NCBI GenBank assembly: GCA_034422655.1
Contig: DAOUJN010000035.1
Coordinates: 78,549 to 142,548 of the forward strand
DNA from: Dehalococcoidia bacterium
Lineage (GTDB): Bacteria; Chloroflexota; Dehalococcoidia; Lucifugimonadales; UBA3495
Reading direction: 5' to 3'
Length of the DNA stretch: 64,000 bases
In this document: positions 51,721 through 61,528 of the stretch, one piece after another
Layout: every line of letters starts with the position of its first letter
Position numbering within the stretch: the stretch's first letter is position 1
Program-made: the position numbers and the translations under genes
The notes under the pieces: model-generated
The model's database searches: none
What the model was told of the DNA's origin: nothing
What the model saw: the letters and a program-made list of their open reading frames with translations, nothing else

Positions 51721-52908
51721 ATGACACCCAGATCAGCCGACATAGTGGTCATCGGTGGCGGCGTTATCGGCGCCAGTGTTGCCATGCATCTGGCCCAAAT
51801 GGGCGCCGGGAACGTGCTGCTGGCGGAAAGAAGGGGCCTGGCCAGCGGCGCCTCGGGGCGGTCGGGCTCCATGGTTCGGGAACACTACCAGCACCCGGTC
51901 CTGGTGAAGATGGCCATGGAGGCCAGCCGGGCGTTCCACAACTTCAGTGAAATATTCGGCGGTGACGCCCGCTTCCAGGAAACGGGTAGAGTCCTGCTTT
52001 TCGACCAGCACGACGCCGAGGCGGTGCGGGCCAACGTGGCCATGAACCGGGAACTGGGCGTGGATATCCGCCTGCTAAGCCCCGGGGAGATAGAGGAATT
52101 GGTCCCGGGCATAAGCCTGGACGGTGTTGCCCTGGGAGCGTATGAGCCGACCTCGGGTTACGCCGATCCAGTAGCTACGACCTACTCCTTCGCCCAGCGG
52201 GCCAGGGACCTGGGGGCCACAATTCTAACCGGCTGCAACGTGACCGGATTCCGGGTTGTCGGAGGACGACTGACCGGAGTGGAAACGGATACCGGGCTGA
52301 TAGAGGCGGACGCGGCTATTGCGGTTACCGGCCCCTGGACCAACGCGCTGGCCGCACCCCTGGGCGAGACTTTGCCCATAACTCCTTTGCGGGTGCAGAT
52401 GGTACACTTGCGGCGGCCGCCGGCCCTGGAGCCGCTGACCGCCACCGTAATCGACCAGACCACCGGGGCGTACTTCCGGGGCAATGCCGGATTCCATACC
52501 CTGCAGGGTGGCGAGGCGCCGGAGGACATGTCCGAGGAGGTAAACCCGGACGCCTACGGGCTGAATGCAGACCATGACACCATCACCCGGTTCTGGGAGC
52601 GCGCCAGGTTCCGATTCCCCGACTTCGCCGCCACGACCCCCCTGGGCGGCTACGGGTCCCTTTATGATTTGACCCCCGACGGCAACCCCATACTGGACAA
52701 GTCGGCGCTGGTACAGGGTTTGTACTGGGCGGCGGGTTTCAGCGGCCACGGTTTCAAGCTGTCCCCGGTGGTTGGCCGGATGGTGGCCGAACTGGCGCTG
52801 CACGGCGAGAGCAAAGACCACCCGCTGGCGGGGTTCAGCTGGGAGCGCTTCACTAGGGGCGGGTCGCTGACGCCCCTGCATCCCTACGTGGGCAGGGCGC
52901 ATCCTTAG
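51721..52908 (+). CDS. FAD-dependent oxidoreductase (DAO family; sarcosine oxidase beta / D-amino-acid oxidase-like)
   Basis: DIVVIGGGVIGASVAMHLA dinucleotide-binding motif. 395 aa. Confidence 0.85.
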   Translation: MTPRSADIVVIGGGVIGASVAMHLAQMGAGNVLLAERRGLASGASGRSGSMVREHYQHPVLVKMAMEASRAFHNFSEIFGGDARFQETGRVLLFDQHDAEAVRANVAMNRELGVDIRLLSPGEIEELVPGISLDGVALGAYEPTSGYADPVATTYSFAQRARDLGATILTGCNVTGFRVVGGRLTGVETDTGLIEADAAIAVTGPWTNALAAPLGETLPITPLRVQMVHLRRPPALEPLTATVIDQTTGAYFRGNAGFHTLQGGEAPEDMSEEVNPDAYGLNADHDTITRFWERARFRFPDFAATTPLGGYGSLYDLTPDGNPILDKSALVQGLYWAAGFSGHGFKLSPVVGRMVAELALHGESKDHPLAGFSWERFTRGGSLTPLHPYVGRAHP

Positions 52909-52958
52909 GACAGCCGCTACAAAAAGGGTAACGCCATGACTGGCTGGCCGGCAGGGGC

Positions 52959-53501
52959 CTAGCGCAGCTTGCTGGCGAACTTCTGGCGGACCTTGGACAC
53001 CTTGGGGTCGATGACTATCCGGCAGTACATGCTGCCCGGGTTTCGCTCGTAAAAGAGGTGGTGCTCCCTTTCCGCCGGGTAGAAGGTTTCCAGTGGCGCA
53101 ATCTCCGTAACCACCGGGGCGTTCTCGGACCCGGAATCGTCCAGGGCCTTGATAAAGTCGGCCGCCTGGGTCTTCTGGTCCTCGGAGGAGTAGAGGATAA
53201 CCGAGCGATACTGGGTGCCCACGTCCGCCCCCTGGCGGTTCAGCGTAGTGGGGTCGTGGCTGGCAAAGAATACCTCCAGCACCTCGGGAAAAGTAATCTG
53301 TTCGGGGTCGAACTCCACCCTCACCACCTCGGCGTGGCCGGTCCTGCCGCTGCACACTTCGTAGTAGGTGGGGTTGTCCTTCTGGCCGCCGGCATAGCCG
53401 GAGATGACAGATTCCACTCCCTCTATCATGTTGAAGACGGCTTCGATGCACCAGAAGCACCCGCCGCCCAGGACTGCAACCTCGTTATTGCTTTCAACCA
53501 A
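52959..53501 (-). CDS. msrA: peptide-methionine (S)-S-oxide reductase
   Basis: GGGCFWCIEAVF active site. TTG start at 53501 follows GGAGAG and gives about 180 aa. The longer ORF to 53651 has no homology support. Confidence 0.88.
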   Translation of the reverse strand: MVESNNEVAVLGGGCFWCIEAVFNMIEGVESVISGYAGGQKDNPTYYEVCSGRTGHAEVVRVEFDPEQITFPEVLEVFFASHDPTTLNRQGADVGTQYRSVILYSSEDQKTQAADFIKALDDSGSENAPVVTEIAPLETFYPAEREHHLFYERNPGSMYCRIVIDPKVSKVRQKFASKLR

Positions 53502-53713
53502 CGTATTTCTCTCCTGCCAATTCGGCACAAATGTATGGAACCGAAGGATCACCCTTTCTGTTATTGTGCCATTGGCAAAAGGTGATGGCAAATCACGGGG
53601 CAGACACACGGCTCTGCCCCACCCCTCCGCATCCGCAGTGCCCATAGCCACCCAATTGCCCCTGTTGTAAAATTGCCCCGTACCCAGGCCACTTAACGCA
53701 AAGGAGTTTCCCG

Positions 53714-54025
53714 ATGATCAAGGTTTCCTTCCTTTATCCCAACGAAGAAGGCAAGAATTTCAATATGGACTACTACACCGGCACGCACATGCCCCTGGTG
53801 CACCAGCGGCTGGACTCCATGGGCCTGCTGCGGAGCGAGATTGAGAGCGGCGTCAGTTCCGCCGACCCCAACGCGCCGGCGCCCTTCGTCGCCGTGGGCA
53901 ACCTGTACTTCAACACCGCCGACGAGGTCCACGAAGGGTTCAAGACTCACGGCCGCGAACTGATGGGCGACACGGCCAACTACACCGACATCCGCCCGCA
54001 GATACAGATCAGCGAACTGGTCTAA
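53714..54025 (+). CDS. EthD family reductase
   Basis: 103 aa. MIKVSFLYPNEEGKNFNMDYYTGTHMPLV is a typical EthD-domain N-terminus. AAGGAG RBS. Confidence 0.75.
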   Translation: MIKVSFLYPNEEGKNFNMDYYTGTHMPLVHQRLDSMGLLRSEIESGVSSADPNAPAPFVAVGNLYFNTADEVHEGFKTHGRELMGDTANYTDIRPQIQISELV

Positions 54026-54028
54026 GAG

Positions 54029-54164
54029 TTAATCCACGAATAGACACGAATGTTCACTAATGGGCTGACTTGGACGGTAGTTTGACTGCGCCATCGAGCC
54101 CAAGACTATCCGGAGTGAAGTCAACCTTTAACATTCGTGCCCATTAGTGTTCATTCGTGGATAA
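54029..54164. repeat. Family A inverted-repeat element, full copy with a long loop
   Basis: TTAATCCACGAATAGACACGAATGTTCACTAATGG...(about 65 nt)...ACATTCGTGCCCATTAGTGTTCATTCGTGGATAA. Starts 4 nt after the EthD stop. Confidence 0.9.
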
Positions 54165-54174
54165 AGAGAAAACT

Positions 54175-55836
54175 ATGAACGCCGATTTTGGTAACCTGGC
54201 CCAGCGGTTGGTCAAGGAGCACTGGGACTTTTATCCCACCGCCGGTTCCCGCATTGGCCGCCACGAGTATGACGGACAGCTTCCCGACCTGTCGCCCCAC
54301 CGCATAACCCGCCGCATCGAGGAACTGCGGCGGGGACTGGCCCAGCTTTCCGGCCTGGCTGCCGACAATGGTTCGGAGCAGGAGGAGCGTTTGACCCACC
54401 GCTTGCTGGAACTGTTCCTGCGCCGCGAACTCTTCAACCTGGAGGATATGCGGCCCCTGGAGAACAATCCCATGCGGCAGGTGGGCTACCTGAACGTGGG
54501 AGCATACGTCAAGCGGGACTATGCCCCGCTGGTGGACCGACTGCGCGGCGCCACCCAGGTATTGGAGCAGGTCCCAGACTTTCTCAACGTGCTGGATGCC
54601 GCCCTGGCGCAGGAACTGAGCCGTCCCGTGCTGGAGATGAGCATCGAGAGCTACCGGGGCATGGCCCGCTTCTACCGGGTGGACCTGGACCAGTCGGCCA
54701 GCGGCGTGGGCGACGCCGGAACGCTGGCCCGGTTTGACCGGTCGCGGGAGCAGGCGGCCCAATCCCTGGACGGCTTCGCCGTCAAGCTGGAGGAAAGGTT
54801 GGCGCGCCTGCCCGAGGGAATGGAGGGAAACTTTGCCATCGGCTCGCAGCTATATTCGGACATGATGGCTTACGGCGAGGGTGTGACGGCGCCGCTGAAT
54901 GACATCATCGCCCTGGGCCAGGCCAACCTGGAGCGCAACCTGGAAAGGCTGGCGGAGGCTGCGGAAGCCGTCGCGCCCGGCCGGTCAATCCGCGAGATTG
55001 TGGGCGAAATCGGCCGCAATCACCCCGCTGCGGACGCCCTGATACCGGAGACACGGGCCATGCTGGAAGACATCCGGCAGTCCCTGCTGGACCACGACAT
55101 TATCTCCCTACCGTCAGAGGACCGGTGCCAGGTAATCGAGACGCCCACCTATATGCGGTACGCCTTCGCCGCCATGGACAGCCCCGGCTCGTTGGAGACC
55201 CGGGCCACCGAGTCCTACTACTACGTGACGCCGGTGGCGGAAGACTGGACCGACGCCCAGGCAGAGGAATGGCTGTCCAACTTCAACTACGACACCCTGC
55301 GCATCATCTCCATCCACGAGGTCTATCCCGGGCACTTCGTCCACCACCTGCACAACAGCTACGGGCGGGAACTGCCGCTGGTGAACCGGGTGGCGTCGTC
55401 CTACGCCTTCACCGAGGGATGGGCCCACTACACGGAGGAGATGATGCTGGAGACGGAGTACGCCCGGGGCCAGGAGAGGCTGCTGGTGACGCAACTGCTG
55501 GAGGCCCTGGTCCGCAACTGCCGCTACCTGTGCGCCCTGGGCATGCACACCCAGGGGATGACGGTGGACGAGGCCACCCGCTTCTTCATGGACAATGCCT
55601 ACATGGAGGAACTGCCAGCCCGTCGCGAGGCGCTGCGCGGCACCTTCGACCCGGGCTACCTGAACTACACCCTGGGCAAGCTGATGATTCTCAAGCTGCG
55701 GGAGGACTACCGGCGGGAGCAGGGATCGGCCTACTCCCTGAAGGGGTTCCACGACAGGCTGCTCTCCTACGGAGCGCCGCCCCTGCCCCTGCTGCGGGAA
55801 GTAATGTTGGCGGATCCGGGCGACGGGGCGCTGTAG
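54175..55836 (+). CDS. DUF885 family metallopeptidase-like protein
   Basis: About 553 aa with the IHEVYPGHFVHH zinc-binding-like motif. The GTG at 54157 lies inside the repeat, so the ATG at 54175 is preferred. Confidence 0.75.
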   Translation: MNADFGNLAQRLVKEHWDFYPTAGSRIGRHEYDGQLPDLSPHRITRRIEELRRGLAQLSGLAADNGSEQEERLTHRLLELFLRRELFNLEDMRPLENNPMRQVGYLNVGAYVKRDYAPLVDRLRGATQVLEQVPDFLNVLDAALAQELSRPVLEMSIESYRGMARFYRVDLDQSASGVGDAGTLARFDRSREQAAQSLDGFAVKLEERLARLPEGMEGNFAIGSQLYSDMMAYGEGVTAPLNDIIALGQANLERNLERLAEAAEAVAPGRSIREIVGEIGRNHPAADALIPETRAMLEDIRQSLLDHDIISLPSEDRCQVIETPTYMRYAFAAMDSPGSLETRATESYYYVTPVAEDWTDAQAEEWLSNFNYDTLRIISIHEVYPGHFVHHLHNSYGRELPLVNRVASSYAFTEGWAHYTEEMMLETEYARGQERLLVTQLLEALVRNCRYLCALGMHTQGMTVDEATRFFMDNAYMEELPARREALRGTFDPGYLNYTLGKLMILKLREDYRREQGSAYSLKGFHDRLLSYGAPPLPLLREVMLADPGDGAL

Positions 55837-55841
55837 TGTGG

Positions 55842-55976
55842 TTAATCCACGAATAGGCACGAATTTTCACTAATGGTTTTCGGATGCTTGAATGAGCAAG
55901 GGATTCGGCATAGCCAACCGGCCATCCCCATCAGACAGTCATCGAATTAGTGGTCGTTCGTGTTTATTCGTGGATG
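55842..55976. repeat. Family A inverted-repeat element, full copy with a long loop
   Basis: TTAATCCACGAATAGGCACGAATTTTCACTAATGG...(about 65 nt)...GAATTAGTGGTCGTTCGTGTTTATTCGTGGATG. Lies between convergent stop codons. Confidence 0.9.
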
Positions 55977-55983
55977 AACACCG

Positions 55984-56691
55984 TTATCCCGTGCGGAAGT
56001 TGACACGGCGGAAGGCCTCGGCGTATTCGCAGCCGCCCTCTGTGCCCGCGTCCCGGGCCCGCTGGTACACGTAGTCCACCACCTCGCGCTCCGGGTGGTC
56101 GGCCACCTGGCTGCGGTGGGCCTGGACCGCCGCCAGCTTAACCTCCATGGTTTCGCCAATGTCTATGAAGGTGTTGGCCTGTTCCGTGCCCCAGAAGAGG
56201 ATGGCGCCGGTCTTGTGGGGTTCCAGGCCCTCCTCGCTCCACAACTCGCCAAAGTGGAGGTGGTCGCGGGCGTAGGGAAAAACGGCGTCCAGGGCCACCT
56301 GGCCGGCTATACGGTGGTCCCGGTGCCATACCATGCTGCGCACATAGGGTTCGGTGACCATCACCACATCGGGCTGGACCCGCCGGATCTGCCTAACCAG
56401 GTGTTTGCGGAAATCGCCGGAATCTTCCAGTTCCCCGTCGGCGTAGCCCAGCTTGACAATCTCACCTATCCCCAGCACTTCGGCGGCAGCCATCTGTTCC
56501 CTGTCCCTGGTTGCGGCCAGTTCCTCGGTGGTAATGCCGGGTTTGTCGGTGCCCCTTCCGCCATCGGTGCACACCACGTAGACAACTTCGGCGCCCTGGC
56601 CAATCCACCGGGCCAGGGTGCCGCCGCACCAGATTTCCGCGTTATCGGGATGTGGGGTGACTACCAGGACGCGCTGCGGGGTTTCTTCCAT
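55984..56691 (-). CDS. PIG-L (LmbE) family deacetylase
   Basis: VLVVTPHPDNAEIWCGGTLA (PDD-type motif) and a later HRDH motif. 235 aa. Confidence 0.8.
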   Translation of the reverse strand: MEETPQRVLVVTPHPDNAEIWCGGTLARWIGQGAEVVYVVCTDGGRGTDKPGITTEELAATRDREQMAAAEVLGIGEIVKLGYADGELEDSGDFRKHLVRQIRRVQPDVVMVTEPYVRSMVWHRDHRIAGQVALDAVFPYARDHLHFGELWSEEGLEPHKTGAILFWGTEQANTFIDIGETMEVKLAAVQAHRSQVADHPEREVVDYVYQRARDAGTEGGCEYAEAFRRVNFRTG

Positions 56692-56756
56692 CTATCAACT
56701 CCTTGCGAGGGCAACCCTTGTGCCGGGGCAGGGCTAACTGTCTTTGAGTTTGCGTT

Positions 56757-56993
56757 TTACTGGTCGGAGGGTGGTGTGCGGCCCTGCATGCCCGCCAGGA
56801 AGCCCTCCAGCCTGGCCTGCCCTTTTTCTACCTCAACCAAACGACTCTCAACTCCGGACAATCGATTCTCGACCCCGTTGATTCGCCGGTTGGTGTCATT
56901 GTTGAGCTTTAGCCCAAGACCTGCCAAGGCTACACCAACCGCCAGAATCGTTATGATCACTCCAATAAATCCTAGAAGAATTGTGTTATCCAT
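56757..56993 (-). CDS. small membrane-anchored coiled-coil protein (78 aa)
   Basis: N-terminal TM helix LLGFIGVIITILAVGVALAGLGL, followed by the heptad-like NGVENRLSGVESRLVEVEKGQARLEG. Confidence 0.4.
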   Translation of the reverse strand: MDNTILLGFIGVIITILAVGVALAGLGLKLNNDTNRRINGVENRLSGVESRLVEVEKGQARLEGFLAGMQGRTPPSDQ

Positions 56994-57124
56994 AAGGTGT
57001 TTACCGTGTCCTTAGGAGGAAATTGAGGGGAAGGAGTCCCTACTGACCTAATCATACCTGTCAAAGGTGGCAGGGACAAGGTGACGGTGTCAGGAACAAC
57101 GTTGAAATGGATGGCCCCCGGCGT

Positions 57125-58255
57125 CTATCCCAGCTGGGGTATTTCCCCGGGCATGTACCAGGAACACCGGAAGACACGGTTGTCTTCGTAGCCGTCGGTG
57201 CCTCGGGGAAAATAGGGGTTGATGTATTCCCACACCACCTCGCCCTGCGGCGTGACCTGGAACATCCTGCCGAACATACCCTCGGTTATGATGGTATTGC
57301 CGTTGGGCATCCGGCGGGCGCCGGAGATGCGGGAACTGTAGAAATTGAAGTAGGGATTGTCGCGGTATTCCCAGACTATCCGGTTGGTGCTGGGGTCGAT
57401 CTCCACGACACGGGAGAAAATACGCACGTCGTTCTTGCGCCGCTCCCCGTTGTCGAACAGCAGGATGTTGCCGTTGGGCAGCAGGCTGGGGTCGTGCTGG
57501 CGGGAGATTACGTCCCAACCCACCTTCCAGGTAATTTCGCCGGACTGCTTGTCGATCATCAACACCGTGGAAATGTTGCGGAAACTGGCCAGCACCCGGT
57601 CGCCCAACGGCACGATGGTGTTGCCATGGCTCCACTCGTGGCGAGGTTCGCCGGGAGTGATGATGTCCTCTTCCAGGTCCAGGTGCTGCCAGGCGTGCCA
57701 GTCCCACACCTGGTTGCCCTGGGCGTCCACCTCAATCAGGTGGTCGGCCCACATGTGGGTGGTGGCTTCCTGTCCTCCCTCGTGGTCCGCCTCCATGCCG
57801 CTGCCCGGCTGGCCGCCCTTGACCTGGTCGGCGATTTCGGAAGGGATGGTCTCCAGGGTCAGGAACATGGCCCCGCCTGACTCGGTGCGGCGGGCGTCGT
57901 GGTGCTGGGCGGGGTTGACGTGTTCCCAGACGATGTTGCTGTCCCAGTCCAACTCCACCAGCCAGCCGCCGACGAAATTGGTGGCGGGCATGGCCCGGGG
58001 GTCGGTCTGCTCGGCCTTGGCCATGTAAAAAAGGTTGCCATCGGGGAGCAGGTAGCCCCAGGAACCCGGAGGTGTGGGCGGATGCCAGCGATGAAGCTCG
58101 TTGCCTTCCATGTCCAACAGGAAGGTTACACCCTTGCCATTCCCGTCCCCGTTGTAGGGGGAATAGACAAAATAGCCAGGGCAGGCCTTGTCCCGGTCCA
58201 GTCCGGTGAGCCCCGTGCGGGCAACGCGACGCCAGGTCTGTTGGTCAACACTCAT
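57125..58255 (-). CDS. beta-propeller protein, arylsulfotransferase (ASST)-like
   Basis: 376 aa. AAAGGAGG RBS. Repeated blade-like segments with W/H-rich motifs (WEHVNPAQHHD, WDWHAWQHLD, WEYRDNPYF). The family assignment is tentative. Confidence 0.45.
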   Translation of the reverse strand: MSVDQQTWRRVARTGLTGLDRDKACPGYFVYSPYNGDGNGKGVTFLLDMEGNELHRWHPPTPPGSWGYLLPDGNLFYMAKAEQTDPRAMPATNFVGGWLVELDWDSNIVWEHVNPAQHHDARRTESGGAMFLTLETIPSEIADQVKGGQPGSGMEADHEGGQEATTHMWADHLIEVDAQGNQVWDWHAWQHLDLEEDIITPGEPRHEWSHGNTIVPLGDRVLASFRNISTVLMIDKQSGEITWKVGWDVISRQHDPSLLPNGNILLFDNGERRKNDVRIFSRVVEIDPSTNRIVWEYRDNPYFNFYSSRISGARRMPNGNTIITEGMFGRMFQVTPQGEVVWEYINPYFPRGTDGYEDNRVFRCSWYMPGEIPQLG

Positions 58256-58395
58256 TCCAGCCTCCTTTGCTCCCCAGAGGTAGGCTCCGTAGGGTCAGGG
58301 CCATTATGCGTGTGACGGCAAGTGAAGTAAACCCGGGCCCGACCCACGGGTCGCGGGCACAGTGAGCCAGGAAGAAAGGAGTTTTGTTGGGAGAA

Positions 58396-59067
58396 TCAGT
58401 CGTGGTCCCGTTCGCTGAGCTCGGGGACATGAAGGCTGGATTCACCCAGGAGGGAGCCGGCCAGGAGGCCGCCGGATATGATTATCCTCATGGCGTCGTC
58501 CACGCTGATCTGGGTAAAGGTTACTTCGGCGTAGGGCACAACAATCAGGAACCCTGAGGAGGGTACGGGCGTGGTGGGCACGTACACCGCCACCATGTCT
58601 TCGCCGTCGGTCTCGCCCAGGTACGAAGTGACCAGGCCGATGGACTTGGATCCCCTGCGGGGAAACTCCACCAGCACCACTCCTCGGTAGGGGTGCTCCT
58701 CGGACCTGGACAAGGTCTGCATGGCGGTGCGCAGCGGGCTGTAGATGCTGCCTACACCTGGAACCCGCTCCAGCAGCCAGTGCACACCGTTTATCATCCT
58801 TTGGCCCAGACCGTGAGTGGTGAACCATCCGGCGACGTAGAGCAGCACCAGCATGAGGGCCACACCCGTGCCGGGCGGATGGGGAATAGGCAGGTAGGTG
58901 AGCAGTATGGTCTGGATAACCGGATCAACCAGGTCGAAGATGAACTTCAGAACCCAGATGGTTATGAAGAGGGGCAATATGACCAGCAGACCCGCCGCCA
59001 GCGTGGTCTCGACGTGGACTATGATATTGCCGGGGAATGACCTGGGCTGTCGTTTGGGACTAGGCAT
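58396..59067 (-). CDS. DUF502 domain membrane protein
   Basis: ATG at 59067 follows AGGAGG. Two N-terminal TM helices, then LERVPGVGSIYSPLRTAM, which is typical of DUF502. Confidence 0.7.
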   Translation of the reverse strand: MPSPKRQPRSFPGNIIVHVETTLAAGLLVILPLFITIWVLKFIFDLVDPVIQTILLTYLPIPHPPGTGVALMLVLLYVAGWFTTHGLGQRMINGVHWLLERVPGVGSIYSPLRTAMQTLSRSEEHPYRGVVLVEFPRRGSKSIGLVTSYLGETDGEDMVAVYVPTTPVPSSGFLIVVPYAEVTFTQISVDDAMRIIISGGLLAGSLLGESSLHVPELSERDHD

Positions 59068-59287
59068 GGCTGTATAGCTTTCCTCCTGGACCGCTCGGGC
59101 GGCAGGAGCATAAGGCCCACTGCCCGGCGTCCCGGATGCCGTATCAACAGGACCGGAGCCGTCTTTGAGAGACACACGCCGATACAAGGGAGATTTGCCC
59201 GCTATCGAACAGACCTCACTGTATGCACTCGGAATCGGCGCGAAGTTTGGGGAAGCTACAGCGCCCGGAAATGTTCGCGAAATTGGT

Positions 59288-60523
59288 TCAGGTCGCGTTC
59301 AACGCGGCCCTCTCGCCGGTCAGGGTATCGTAAACTCCGGCGATCTGTTCGGCCACCTTGTCCCAGCTCATGTTCTCGGCTCTGCGGCGGGCGGCCAAAC
59401 CCATGCTGTGCTGAAGGCTTTTGCTTGATATTAGCATTTCGACGGAATTGGCGAAAGCTTCGGGACACCGCCAGGCCTTGAGGTAGCCCGTGCTGCCATG
59501 CTGGACTACGGTGGACAGCCCGCCCACCCTCGATGCCACCACCGGCGTGCCGCAGGCCATGGACTCCAGGGCAGCCAGGCCGAAACTCTCGTAGAAGGAC
59601 GGGACGACGCAAACGTCGGCGGCGCTGTAATACACGGGCAACTCGTCCTGGGCCACCCGTCCCACAAAGTCGATGCTGTCACCCACTGCCAGGGTCTCCG
59701 CCAGTTCCCGCAGACGATCAACCTCCCGGTCCTGCCCGTTGTCGTCGCCCACGACCAATACCTTCACCGGTTCACAGGTGTCCAGTTGGGCCGTGGTACG
59801 CACCAGCAACTCCACGCCCTTCAGAGATTCGATGCGGCCCACGTACAACAACACCTTGTCGCCGTTGAGGCCCAACCGCTTGCGGGATTCCTCCCGGTCC
59901 AGAGGACGGAAGGTACCCAGGTCCACCCCGCAGGGCGCCAGGCGGATGCGATTGGCGTCGCCGCCGTAGAGCCGGACCATGGCGTCCCGTTCGTGGGGGC
60001 TGAAGGCGATTATACGGTCGGCGGATGCAATCAACCCCTCCTCCACTTCCTGGCGCTGGAGGGGTTCCCGTTCGCCGGGGCGCGACTGCATCTTGATGCG
60101 GGAGAGCGTATGGAAGGTGATGACGTGGGGAATGTCCAGCCACCCGCTGAAGCCCTGGCCCAGCCAGCCCGACAGCCAGTAGTGGGAATGGACGGCCCGG
60201 TAGTCCAGGCCGTTGCGGCGGGTGAAGGCCTGCATTTCCGCCAGGAAGCCCGGGAGCAGGTCGAAGAACTCGTCCATGGGGGTGTCCGGTTCGCCGGCTG
60301 GCAGGTGTATGACCCTGGCGTTGCCGGAGATCCCTTCTACCATGTCCGCGGGGGTGGCTCCGGGGCGATACTCGCGGGTAAACACGTCCACGGGCAGGCC
60401 CACGTTGCCCAGGGCGCGGGCCAGTTGCCGGACGTAAACGTTCATGCCCCCGGCCTTGCCCTCGCCCGGCGCCGCCAGGGGGCTGGCGTGGAAGGATATA
60501 AAGGCTACTCTTGCTTCGTTCAA
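59288..60523 (-). CDS. GT4 family glycosyltransferase, MshA-like
   Basis: The N-terminus RVAFISFHASPLAAPGEGKAGGMNVYVRQLARAL closely parallels the MshA motif (SPLAQPGTGDAGGMNVY). The C-terminal E-x7-E region is present. The TTG start overlaps the stop of the upstream gene. Confidence 0.75.
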   Translation of the reverse strand: MNEARVAFISFHASPLAAPGEGKAGGMNVYVRQLARALGNVGLPVDVFTREYRPGATPADMVEGISGNARVIHLPAGEPDTPMDEFFDLLPGFLAEMQAFTRRNGLDYRAVHSHYWLSGWLGQGFSGWLDIPHVITFHTLSRIKMQSRPGEREPLQRQEVEEGLIASADRIIAFSPHERDAMVRLYGGDANRIRLAPCGVDLGTFRPLDREESRKRLGLNGDKVLLYVGRIESLKGVELLVRTTAQLDTCEPVKVLVVGDDNGQDREVDRLRELAETLAVGDSIDFVGRVAQDELPVYYSAADVCVVPSFYESFGLAALESMACGTPVVASRVGGLSTVVQHGSTGYLKAWRCPEAFANSVEMLISSKSLQHSMGLAARRRAENMSWDKVAEQIAGVYDTLTGERAALNAT

Positions 60524-61527
60524 CTCTGGTCCACCGTTCCAGGTTTGGTTACCACCATGTGGTATATGGTCCGGTTAAGGCCGCCCAGATGGTACTTGTA
60601 AGGCTCCGGGCCCCGCAGGAAATCGAAATAGCTCTTTCCCTGCTCGATGGCCTCCCGGAGACAGAGGGCATTGAGCAGCAGGCCAACGCTGTAGTAGGCG
60701 TAGTCGGGATTATACCCGCTGTTGTAAAGGAACCGGGTGCCGTTATAGTCAAAGCACAGGGAAGACGCCACGTCCTGGCCGTCCATCTCCAGGAAGAACA
60801 GGCGCAGCATGCCCAGTTCCGCAGTGCGGCGCGCAATGCGGCGGAAAAAGGCCTCCCGCTCACCGTTCATGTAGGCGGCCTTGTCCGGCGCGCTCAGGCG
60901 CATGAGCGCCAGGAAGTCGTCCAGGCGGTTGGACACCGCTTCCGGTTCTCCGACACTGTACCACCGCCATCCTTCGACGGCCTCTAGGCGGCGCAGCTTG
61001 CGCCGCAGTTCGTGGCGGTTCTTCTTGGACAGGCCCGACAGGTAGGCGTCCCAGTCGTCGGGCAACTCCAGGCCCGGGGTAACGTCTTCCTCGGTAATTT
61101 CCACCGAGTAACCTCGCCGGCGGGCCAGGTCCGGCAGATACTCAAGGGTAGGTGAATGTTCGATGAGGGAGGGAAGCTCAAGGGCTTTGAAATCTTCCCC
61201 GTCCAGCCAGCCCATCAAGGCGCCAAAGAAATCGTCCTCCGAGCCGGGACGAATCATGAAGTCGTTGTAGTCGAAGGTCTCGGTATTGCCCACGAAGGAA
61301 AGAGCGTCGCCCTGGCGGGCCAGGGAAGCGATGGCGGTTATGCCTTCGGGCCGCTGCAGGTAAAAACCGGCCATCTCCCGCCGCTCTCTGAAAGCCTCCC
61401 ACCAGATTTCCTGCCACTGGGGCATCAGGTAGAAGGTGTTTACGGGACACTGCTCCAGCAAGTCCAGCCATTCGCTGCGGATCTGGTTGAAAGAGTTTAG
61501 CGGGGTGGCAACCTGGCCTTCGGTCAT
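60520..61527 (-). CDS. GNAT-fold acetyltransferase, BioF2/CelD-like (Acetyltransf_6-type)
   Basis: C-terminal MDGQDVASSLCFDYNGTRFLYNSGYNPDYAYYSVGLLLNALCLREAIEQGKSYFDFLRGPEPYKYHLGG. ATG at 61527 lies 1 nt after the folE stop. Confidence 0.65.
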   Translation of the reverse strand: MTEGQVATPLNSFNQIRSEWLDLLEQCPVNTFYLMPQWQEIWWEAFRERREMAGFYLQRPEGITAIASLARQGDALSFVGNTETFDYNDFMIRPGSEDDFFGALMGWLDGEDFKALELPSLIEHSPTLEYLPDLARRRGYSVEITEEDVTPGLELPDDWDAYLSGLSKKNRHELRRKLRRLEAVEGWRWYSVGEPEAVSNRLDDFLALMRLSAPDKAAYMNGEREAFFRRIARRTAELGMLRLFFLEMDGQDVASSLCFDYNGTRFLYNSGYNPDYAYYSVGLLLNALCLREAIEQGKSYFDFLRGPEPYKYHLGGLNRTIYHMVVTKPGTVDQS

Positions 61528-61528
61528 G

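Noticed and set aside
53502-53651. A 50-aa N-terminal extension of MsrA (ATG 53651).
   Set aside because: The extension has no MsrA homology. The TTG at 53501 has a GGAGAG RBS and gives a normal protein of about 180 aa with the GCFWC motif near the N-terminus.
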